From Lachnospiraceae bacterium (GTDB lineage Bacteria; Bacillota; Clostridia; Lachnospirales; Lachnospiraceae), in the NCBI GenBank assembly GCA_029005135.1, contig JAQXFO010000022.1, positions 2,589 through 66,588 of the forward strand: a DNA stretch of 64,000 nt, in the 5' to 3' direction. How positions within the stretch are numbered: the stretch's first letter is position 1; each line of letters opens with the position of its first letter. This document shows, piece by piece, positions 57,258 to 64,000 of the stretch. The position numbers were made by a program, and so were the translations under genes. The notes under the pieces were generated by a model. It did not search any database and was not told where the DNA came from. It saw nothing but the letters and a program-made list of their open reading frames with translations.

Positions 57258-58579
57258 AGCTGTTCTTTTCCTTTCCTGTCCTGTTCATGTACTGCCGCCT
57301 GGCTGTCGGCCCGGCCGGCCTCATCACCGGCCAGCCCGCAGGCGGCTATGGCCGTCCGGCAGAAAATCTCCGCGCTGCGGCATACCTCATCCAGTTCTAT
57401 GATCTCTTCGGCAGTGTGGCACAGACTGTTGTCCCCCGGGCCGAAGACCAGTGTCGGAATTCCCATGTCATTAACCAGGAAATCCATATCGGTGTAGCCG
57501 GTCCAGAATTCCTTCTCAACCGGAGCAAGCCCCAGCGACACCGCCGCCTCGTTAAGATAGGTGTAAAGGGGCGTGTCGAGGTCCGTCAGCGTCGGCTCCA
57601 GACCGCGCCGGATGATCGGCTCCCAGTGCCAGTCCGGACGCGCCGTCATGACGGCGGCCTCCAAAGCCGGATCATCCCGGCGGGCCTCGTCGATAATGGC
57701 TTCGATCTCACGCAGAGCCAGGGCCGTTGTCTCCCCAGGCACCGTCCGCCGGTCCATCCAGATGACCGCTTCCCCCGGCACGTTATTGTAGGCCGTGCCC
57801 GCGGCCATCTTGCTGACGCACAGGGTCCCTTCGTAAATGCCCAAAGGCCCCAGATCCACCCGGGCAAACCGGGCTCTGAACAGCCTCTCAAGAAGCGGCA
57901 GAGCCTTCTCGATGGCGTTGATCCCCTTCCAGGGCATGCCGGCGTGGGCCGTCCGCCCCTTCACCACCAGGCACAGCGGTGTGGTGCCCTTGCAGCCAAA
58001 GGCGCAGCGGCCGCCCGTCGGCTCGGTGGAAATGGCATAATCGGCGCGAATGCCGCTTTCGGCCAGGGTATAGCTGCCGCTGTGCTCCGACTCCTCATCG
58101 ATGACGCAGGCCGTCATCAGGGGCTTTGTCAGGCGGACACCGGCGCGTTTCAGCGCAATCATGGCCGCCAGTGAGGCCGCCAGTCCTGCCTTCTGATCCA
58201 CGATGCCGCGGCCGCGCATCCGATGGCCGTCGATGACCGCGGTCTCATAGGGATCCGCCATATCCATCACCGGCACCGTATCGTAATGCCCGTGAAGCAT
58301 AAGACCGTAATCTCCCTCACGATACGATCGGCAGCCCAGTGACCAGATCACATTGAAGCGTCCCTCTTCGCGGCAGGGCATCACCTCGACGGTGAGCCCC
58401 TCCCGGCGGCCCAGCGCCGTCAGGTAACGGCCCAGGGCCTCCTCCTGTCCCGTCACGCTGGGAATGCGGACAATTTCCCCCAGGAGCCGGCAAACCTCCC
58501 GGCAGGTCATCGGGGCCGCTTCGCCGATATAGGTGCCGGCAAAGGCCGGCCGATACGTCTCTTCTCTGATGTCAGACAT
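57254..58579 (-). CDS. M20 family metallohydrolase (ArgE/DapE-like)
   Basis: LHGHYDTVPV, VIDEESEHSG and a dimerisation-domain layout. Its stop overlaps the panE start (ATGA). Confidence 0.85.
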   Translation of the reverse strand: MSDIREETYRPAFAGTYIGEAAPMTCREVCRLLGEIVRIPSVTGQEEALGRYLTALGRREGLTVEVMPCREEGRFNVIWSLGCRSYREGDYGLMLHGHYDTVPVMDMADPYETAVIDGHRMRGRGIVDQKAGLAASLAAMIALKRAGVRLTKPLMTACVIDEESEHSGSYTLAESGIRADYAISTEPTGGRCAFGCKGTTPLCLVVKGRTAHAGMPWKGINAIEKALPLLERLFRARFARVDLGPLGIYEGTLCVSKMAAGTAYNNVPGEAVIWMDRRTVPGETTALALREIEAIIDEARRDDPALEAAVMTARPDWHWEPIIRRGLEPTLTDLDTPLYTYLNEAAVSLGLAPVEKEFWTGYTDMDFLVNDMGIPTLVFGPGDNSLCHTAEEIIELDEVCRSAEIFCRTAIAACGLAGDEAGRADSQAAVHEQDRKGKEQL

Positions 58580-58606
58580 GGTTTTCCTCCCGACGGCCGG
58601 CTCTGT

Positions 58607-59665
58607 CTACAGACCGGCGTAGAGCGTCACTTCCGAGATGCAGCAGTCACTGCTGGTACCGGCATAAACACTGTTGATCGTCAGCGTCAGGGCCGAAGCG
58701 TTGACGTAGTCCTCAAAGCAGATATAATGAGCCGTCATCTGATCGCTGAAGGAGAAGGTATAGCTCTCTCCGCCGAAAGACAGCGTCAGCGAGGAAGGCC
58801 GGTTGTTCTCGCGGTAGCTGTCGCTGTTCCGCCAGTTGCCCAGCTTCAGCTCAATGTATTTGACATAGTAGTAATTGCCGAACCTCAGCTGCAGCTGCTG
58901 GCCGGTGCCGTCGCCCGCATCCCCCTCCTGCCAGGAGGTGGTTTCGCTGCCGTCGGCGGCCATGTGGGCCTCGTTGTTGTAGAACGGATTGTCCTGAACA
59001 AGATAGGTTGTCGCCAGGGCCGAGGTCACCGGTATCACCCCGCCGGCCGTCAGATCGGCCGGAGCCGTATCCGTCGCGTAAGGCGGCTTCAAAGCCGGCG
59101 GCGTGATCACCACCGCCTGAGGTACGCTCTCCGCTGCCGACTCTTCGACGGCGGTGCTCTCTTCGCCTCCCGCCTCCGACGCCGTCTCACTTTCGTCCAC
59201 ATCCAGCTTATCGATATTCTGGACCGGTACCGGTGAGGCCCGCGCTGCCTCGGCATAGGCCTCCGCCGCCGCTTCAAGGCGGCTCTCCGTGTCGGCCTCC
59301 AGCTTCTTCATACGGTTTGGGATCACCCGGAACATCAGATAGATAAGGAGGAAGGCCAGCACCACCGTCACCGCGATTACCAGGATCGACACGACGCACC
59401 GTCGGCGTTCGCCGGCCCGGCGTTTCTCCTCAGCCGCAGCCGCCTCGGCAGCTTCCTCTTCGGCTCTCCGGCGTTCGGCCCGCTCCCGGGCCCGGCGCTC
59501 CCGTTCTTCCGATTCCTTCTGCTTTCTGTCCTTTTTTTCCTTCTGCTGCGCCTCCAGATCCTTGACGGTCTGATAAGTCTCGACCTCCCGGATGACGGGA
59601 GTGCCGCAGTGGGGACAGAACAGCTTTTCGTCCGGCACGTCATGGCCGCATTTTGTACATATCAT
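58607..59665 (-). CDS. zinc-ribbon / single-TM / extracellular beta-sandwich protein
   Basis: CTKCGH...CPHCGT zinc ribbon, an R/E/K-rich segment and the TM helix VVSILVIAVTVVLAFLLIYLMF. The C-terminal domain is discoidin-like (WQEGDAGDGTGQQLQLRF...YIELKLGNW). Confidence 0.7.
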   Translation of the reverse strand: MICTKCGHDVPDEKLFCPHCGTPVIREVETYQTVKDLEAQQKEKKDRKQKESEERERRARERAERRRAEEEAAEAAAAEEKRRAGERRRCVVSILVIAVTVVLAFLLIYLMFRVIPNRMKKLEADTESRLEAAAEAYAEAARASPVPVQNIDKLDVDESETASEAGGEESTAVEESAAESVPQAVVITPPALKPPYATDTAPADLTAGGVIPVTSALATTYLVQDNPFYNNEAHMAADGSETTSWQEGDAGDGTGQQLQLRFGNYYYVKYIELKLGNWRNSDSYRENNRPSSLTLSFGGESYTFSFSDQMTAHYICFEDYVNASALTLTINSVYAGTSSDCCISEVTLYAGL

Positions 59666-59685
59666 AAGCTTACCCGTTTTCCTTA

Positions 59686-60549
59686 TTACTGTCTGTGCTT
59701 CCGTGCCGCCAGATAGGCGACGGCCGACAGCGCCGCCGTATTGCCCTGGCCCGCCGCCTTAATATACTGATAGGGCCTCCCGGTGATATCACCGCAGGCA
59801 AAAAGGCCCGGCACTGACGTGCCCATCGTCAGGTCTGTCTTCACATGAGGTCCGTCCGTGACCAGACCGGGCACCAGCCTCTCCGGCCGCACCGCGTCCC
59901 TCAGAACAAAGATTCCGTCGACATCATAGCGCTGTCTGTCGGTGACGAGGGTATCGGCCTTCAGCCTGCCTTCGATGGTCTCCGGCTTCTCACGGATGAT
60001 CGTCAGATTATCCCTCCTGTCGGGTTCAGGACCGCTCACCGGGAAATACAGAACCTCACCGGCGATGCCGGCCAGATAGTCGGCCTCCGCGGCCGCTTCT
60101 TTCCCCGCGCCGACCACCGCGATCCGGCGTCCGCGGTACAGAGCGCCGTCACAGGTGGCACAGATGCTGACACCCCGTCCGAGGAAAGCGTCCTCCCCCG
60201 GCAGCGGACGGTCCGTAACGATCCCCGTCGCCAGCACCACTGTGTCAGCCTCGATGACCGCCTCCCCTGCCTGCAGGGCAAAATAGTCGCCCATGGGGTA
60301 AACGGCATTCACACGCCCCTCCGTCACAGCGACACCGGCATCCGCCAGCTGCTGCCGGAATACCGCCGCCATGGCCTCACCGGACACAGAGGGCAGGCCG
60401 GGATAATTCTCGATACGTTCGGCCCGGGAGATCTTCTCGCTCAGCTTCCCGCTGCCTATCAGAAGAAAATTCAGGCGGCGAACCGCCGCTGTCAAAGCTG
60501 CCGAAATACCGGCTGGGCCGGTGCCGATGATTGCCATATCATAGCGCAT
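59686..60549 (-). CDS. thioredoxin-reductase-like flavoprotein lacking the HRR NADPH motif
   Basis: IIGTGPAGISAA FAD motif, CATCDG redox-active disulfide and GDITG. The second dinucleotide site reads VVGAGKEAAAEADYL...EVLYFPVSG instead of GGGNSA...HRRD. Confidence 0.82.
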   Translation of the reverse strand: MRYDMAIIGTGPAGISAALTAAVRRLNFLLIGSGKLSEKISRAERIENYPGLPSVSGEAMAAVFRQQLADAGVAVTEGRVNAVYPMGDYFALQAGEAVIEADTVVLATGIVTDRPLPGEDAFLGRGVSICATCDGALYRGRRIAVVGAGKEAAAEADYLAGIAGEVLYFPVSGPEPDRRDNLTIIREKPETIEGRLKADTLVTDRQRYDVDGIFVLRDAVRPERLVPGLVTDGPHVKTDLTMGTSVPGLFACGDITGRPYQYIKAAGQGNTAALSAVAYLAARKHRQ

Positions 60550-60577
60550 AAGTCCTGCCTCCCTTCATCGCCGGCCG

Positions 60578-61369
60578 TCATCCGAGACGGTCGGCCAGCA
60601 AAGTCTTAAGGGTCCTGCCGACGCTGTCGGTCGTCCCGAAACACCGGCTTTTCAGAGTCTCCGGCGCCTGTGCCATCGCATAGCTGTAGGTCACCGCCGC
60701 CAGGGCTGTCTCATCATTATCATTATCGCCGAACATCGCGACCTCCGAGGGCTGATACCCGTAGGTCTCCATATACCAGGTGAGGGCCTTGCCCTTGGTC
60801 GTTCCCAGCGCTGAAAAATCGATCCAGCCGTTGCCGCCGTAGACCACCGTCAGCTCGCCGGCAAACAGCTCCCGCCAGGCGCTGAGCCTCTCTGTGATGT
60901 GCGGGATATCGTCGACCCAGAGCGATATCTTAAAATAAGGCTCCGGTATCGTCGTCAGGTCATCCCAAAGGGAGAAGCGCACCCGGCAGAAATCACGGCA
61001 CATCGCCGCAAATGCCGGGGTTGATGCTTTGATATAGGCATGCTCCACACCTGACACCAGTATACCATATTCGGGCCTGGCCGACGCCTCCGCGATAAGG
61101 CGAAGGGCCGATTCCCGCGGCATCGTTTCCCGGCGGACGATCTCCCCGTCATGAATCACCAGGCAGCCGTTCTCGGCGATGTAATCCAGCCTTCCCGCCT
61201 CATCGCGAAAAAGCTCCCGCATCAGGCGATACTGACGGCCGCTTACCGGCATAAAGCGGATCCCCGCCTCCCGCATCCGCCCGATCAGAGCCAGATCCTC
61301 CGGGGCCACATCGGCGTCCGTCGTCGGCAGCAGCGTGCCGTCCAGATCACTGCAGACCAGTCGTATCAT
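60578..61369 (-). CDS. Cof-type HAD-IIB phosphatase
   Basis: LVCSDLDGTLL motif I, SGRQY and FGDNDNDETA motif IV. Confidence 0.88.
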   Translation of the reverse strand: MIRLVCSDLDGTLLPTTDADVAPEDLALIGRMREAGIRFMPVSGRQYRLMRELFRDEAGRLDYIAENGCLVIHDGEIVRRETMPRESALRLIAEASARPEYGILVSGVEHAYIKASTPAFAAMCRDFCRVRFSLWDDLTTIPEPYFKISLWVDDIPHITERLSAWRELFAGELTVVYGGNGWIDFSALGTTKGKALTWYMETYGYQPSEVAMFGDNDNDETALAAVTYSYAMAQAPETLKSRCFGTTDSVGRTLKTLLADRLG

Positions 61370-62151
61370 ACGCGTATCATACCTCCGATATCCTGCTCGA
61401 TCTCCGCCTTGATGGCCAGCACGTGGACGGCCAGTTCACGGATCCGGGCATCATCCATCCGGCCTGCCGGCGCCGAGATACTGAAAGCATAGTCGGCCGC
61501 CTGCCCGTTCAGCATCAACGAGGCGGCGATACAGCGGACGCCGGTCTCATTTTCCTCATTATCCAGGGCGTAGCCCTTCTCCCGGACCAGCTTCAGTGCC
61601 TCCAGGTACCGGTCATAGTCGGTGATGGTACAGGGCGTCATCTTTTCAATACGGCTTTCCTGCCAGATCGCCCGCACCTCGGACTCGGGCAGCGTCGCGG
61701 CCATCGCCTTGCCGACACCGGAACGGTAAAGGGGGATGCGGTTGCCGATCCGCGAGATCAGCTGGACCGACTGGCTGATGGATTCCACCTTATCCACATA
61801 GACCGCCTCGCCGCCCTCCCGCTTCACAAAATGCACCGTCTCACCGGAGATCTCCATCAGGCGGCGCAGGTAGGGACGGATGGCCGTGATAATATCGGCC
61901 CCGGCCATTTTTCTGTTGGCCAGGCCGACGATGCGAAACGTCAGCTCATAGGTATTGTCCGGCTCGTTCTGCTGTACATAGCCCAGATACTGGAGAGAAC
62001 AGAGGATGCGGTGCATGGTGCTTTTGTTGAGCCCCATGGCCTGGGACAGCTGCATCAGACCGCAGCGTCCGTGCTCTGCCAGATATTCCAGAGTCCCGAA
62101 GAGGCGGTCTGCCACCTGGATCGGGTTGCCTTTTTCTTTATCGGTTGACAT
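61366..62151 (-). CDS. IclR family transcriptional regulator (KdgR-like)
   Basis: IQVADRLFGTLEYLAEHG...LSQAMGLNKSTMHRIL helix-turn-helix plus an IclR effector domain. ATG at 62151 has an AAGGAGA SD at 5 nt. Its stop overlaps the HAD start. Confidence 0.9.
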   Translation of the reverse strand: MSTDKEKGNPIQVADRLFGTLEYLAEHGRCGLMQLSQAMGLNKSTMHRILCSLQYLGYVQQNEPDNTYELTFRIVGLANRKMAGADIITAIRPYLRRLMEISGETVHFVKREGGEAVYVDKVESISQSVQLISRIGNRIPLYRSGVGKAMAATLPESEVRAIWQESRIEKMTPCTITDYDRYLEALKLVREKGYALDNEENETGVRCIAASLMLNGQAADYAFSISAPAGRMDDARIRELAVHVLAIKAEIEQDIGGMIRV

Positions 62152-62264
62152 AAATGTCTCCTTCATTCCATAATACGGAACTCATTCTATCACGGAAGGG
62201 ATTTTTAGGCAACCTGCCCTCCGAAAGGCCCATGGAATCGGGCACTTTTTTCAGGGAAATGGCC

Positions 62265-62330
62265 TTGACTTTCAAATGAAAACGGTTACAATAAAATTAC
62301 CGCATTGTGAAATATAGTTTCATATTGCGG
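62265..62330 (+). promoter_or_regulatory. kdgK promoter (TTGACT-16-TACAAT) with a downstream 13-bp-arm inverted repeat (candidate IclR/KdgR operator)
   Basis: TTGACT at 62265-70 and TACAAT at 62287-92. The repeat is CCGCATTGTGAAA-TATAG-TTTCATATTGCGG (62300-62330), with a core of TGAAA-N5-TTTCA. Confidence 0.5.
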
Positions 62331-62415
62331 AACTTACACATTAGATGATGCGGTCCGGAAAAGCCAACCCCCGCACGCTTTTCCGGGTGCCGCTGATATT
62401 GTCGAGGAGGTCATT

Positions 62416-63513
62416 ATGGATTTAAAGCTTAGACCGGCAGAGGAATGCCGCTTTGATGCCGTATCGCTTGGCGAGATTATGCTTCGACTTGATCCGGGCG
62501 AAGGCAGGATCCGCACAGCCCGTTCTTTCCGCGCCTGGGAAGGCGGCGGTGAATACAATGTTATCCGTGGTCTGCACAAATGCTTCGGCATGAACACAGC
62601 CGTTATCACAGCCTTTGCCGATAACGAAGTCGGCAAGCTGATGAAGGATCTTATCGAGCAGGGCGGTGTCGACACCTCTCTGATCAGCTGGAAAAAAACA
62701 GACGGCATCGGCCGTATCTGCCGCAATGGTCTGAATTTCACCGAAAGAGGCTTCGGTATCCGCGGCGCCGTCGGGTGCTCCGACAGAGCCAACACCGCCA
62801 TTTCTCAGGCCACACCGGAGGATTTCGACTTTGATTACATCTTCGGCGAGCTGGGTGTCCGCTGGCTGCACACAGGCGGCATCTACGCCGCCCTGTCCGA
62901 ACAGGCCTGCGAAACCGTTATCGCCGCCTGCAAGGCTGCCAAAAAATACGGCACCATCGTTTCCTATGACCTGAACTACCGTCCCTCCATGTGGAGTGCC
63001 ATCGGCGGTCTGGCCAAGGCTCAGGAAGTCAACAAGGAAGTCGCCAAATACGTCGACGTCATGATCGGCAACGAGGAAGACTTCACCGCCTGCCTCGGTT
63101 TCCAGATCGAAGGCAACGACGAAGGCCTCAAGAAACTGAACATCGACGGCTACAAGAAGATGATCGGCGAGGCTGCCAAGGTCTATCCGAACTTCAAGGC
63201 CGTGGCCACCACGCTCCGTACCGTCAAGACAGCCACCGTCAATGACTGGAAGGCCATCTGCTACGCCGACGGCGAGATCTATATGTCCAAGGAATACAAC
63301 GGTCTGGAGATCATGGACCGCGTCGGCGGCGGCGACTCCTTCGCCTCCGGCCTGGTCTACGGCCTTATGACCTTCGCTGATGCCGAGAAGGCCGTCAACT
63401 ACGGTGCCGCTCACGGCGCCCTGGCCATGACCACTCCGGGTGACACCTCCATGGCTTCCAAAGAAGAAGTTGAAGCCATCATGGGCGGTGCCGGCGCCCG
63501 CGTCAAACGCTGA
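62416..63513 (+). CDS. kdgK: 2-dehydro-3-deoxygluconokinase-like sugar kinase (PfkB family)
   Basis: GEIMLRLDP...GGGEYNV N-terminus, and DRVGGGDSFASGLVYG plus GAAHGALAMTTPGD (PfkB signature 2 region). GAGGAGG SD. Confidence 0.85.
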   Translation: MDLKLRPAEECRFDAVSLGEIMLRLDPGEGRIRTARSFRAWEGGGEYNVIRGLHKCFGMNTAVITAFADNEVGKLMKDLIEQGGVDTSLISWKKTDGIGRICRNGLNFTERGFGIRGAVGCSDRANTAISQATPEDFDFDYIFGELGVRWLHTGGIYAALSEQACETVIAACKAAKKYGTIVSYDLNYRPSMWSAIGGLAKAQEVNKEVAKYVDVMIGNEEDFTACLGFQIEGNDEGLKKLNIDGYKKMIGEAAKVYPNFKAVATTLRTVKTATVNDWKAICYADGEIYMSKEYNGLEIMDRVGGGDSFASGLVYGLMTFADAEKAVNYGAAHGALAMTTPGDTSMASKEEVEAIMGGAGARVKR

Positions 63514-63553
63514 TCATCCATCATTGCCTGATTCCAACATATCATTCATGAAA

Positions 63554-63602
63554 AAGGGATACACTCCGAAGCCTTCATGGCCCCGGGGCGTATCCCTTTT
63601 TT
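63554..63602 (+). terminator. terminator after kdgK
   Basis: AAGGGATAC (63554-62) pairs with GTATCCCTT (63590-98) around a structured loop, followed by a T-run. Confidence 0.6.
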
Positions 63603-63652
63603 ATCATTGTCTTATTTGGCGGCGTCTCTCTGCGTCCTGTCCTGCTGCTCTG

Positions 63653-64000
63653 TCAGACCGTCGTCTTCAGGAAATTTTCCATGATTCGATCGCCGCAGGA
63701 CGACAGGAAGGATTCCGGATGAAACATGACGCCGAAGAGAGGCAGAGACGGATGTTCGATAGCCGCCGCTTCACTGCCGACGACCGCCGTCACGCGAAAG
63801 ACGGCCTTTGCCGCCTCCGCCGTGATTGTCTCCGACTGATAGAAGGCGGCCCGGAAATCGTCCGGCACGCCCTGAAAAAGAAGGCCCGGTTCCGTCACAT
63901 GCACCATTTCTGCCTTGCCCTGCCTGATCTCCGCCATTTTTACCGGCATAATGCCGTATTCGGCGCCGATGATGCGCATACCCTGACAGATACCGAGAAT
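63653..64000 (-). CDS. class I glutamine amidotransferase (TrpG/PabA-like), 5' part outside the window
   Basis: The edge codons read ILGICQGMRIIGAEYG (catalytic Cys motif). FGVMFHPESFLSSCGDRIMENFL is the HPE triad region. Confidence 0.8.
   Translation of the reverse strand: MLGICQGMRIIGAEYGIMPVKMAEIRQGKAEMVHVTEPGLLFQGVPDDFRAAFYQSETITAEAAKAVFRVTAVVGSEAAAIEHPSLPLFGVMFHPESFLSSCGDRIMENFLKTTV

Noticed and set aside
59377-59643. 88-aa minus-strand ORF and other small ORFs inside the zinc-ribbon gene's R/E/K-rich region
   Set aside because: These are alternative frames of a low-complexity GC-rich stretch with no signals. The main frame has the zinc ribbon and TM.
62334-63414. Minus-strand ORFs (155 aa and 330 aa) overlapping kdgK, and 53007..53753 / 53769..54398 opposite citrate synthase
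   Set aside because: They are antisense shadows of genes that carry clear PfkB and citrate synthase motifs.

Overview
This is a 64-kb chromosomal core segment of a high-GC Bacillota genome. It looks Clostridia-like: a PolC-type replicase, an infC-rpmI-rplT operon and Gram-positive lipoprotein signal peptides. I call 58 protein genes plus one leader peptide. 51 of the 58 are on the minus strand, tightly packed, with many ATGA or 8-nt start/stop overlaps.

Gene content: pcrA (partial), two polar-amino-acid ABC operons, a third ABC operon, rarA, an alanine:cation symporter, infC-rpmI-rplT, thrS, a complete F1Fo ATP synthase operon, purA, purB, polC, ispG, folA, thyA, aroF-pheA, glf, citrate synthase, a tryptophanase-family lyase, an IclR regulator divergent from kdgK, and assorted hydrolases. 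I saw no rRNA, tRNA, CRISPR array, transposase, integrase or phage genes, and no compositional island. The window is mostly ordinary housekeeping DNA.

The ORF track gives the longest ATG/GTG/TTG ORFs. Several N-termini were therefore trimmed to starts that have Shine-Dalgarno support, and the many long plus-strand ORFs antisense to real genes were rejected as high-GC artefacts.

Four things deserve a second look:
1. A self-contained operon (32059-37754) encodes an 1186-aa cytoplasmic protein, a lidless Hsp70 paralogue with degenerate ATP-binding loops, and a TPR protein. None has an assignable function. This is the best candidate for an undescribed system.
2. The ATP synthase operon has no separate delta gene. 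A single 744-aa ORF fuses a b-type stalk, the delta C-terminal domain and the alpha subunit, and epsilon is cut down to its beta-sandwich.
3. A classical Phe-codon leader-peptide attenuator (MNFRSHGNFFFSFFSFAFNGRANLVG plus antiterminator and terminator helices) lies upstream of aroF-pheA. Leader-peptide attenuation is not what I would expect here, because Bacillota usually use T-box leaders for amino-acid operons.
4. infC has an ATT start behind an L20-leader-like attenuator.

All calls rest on reading the sequence and remembered family motifs. No database search was run.
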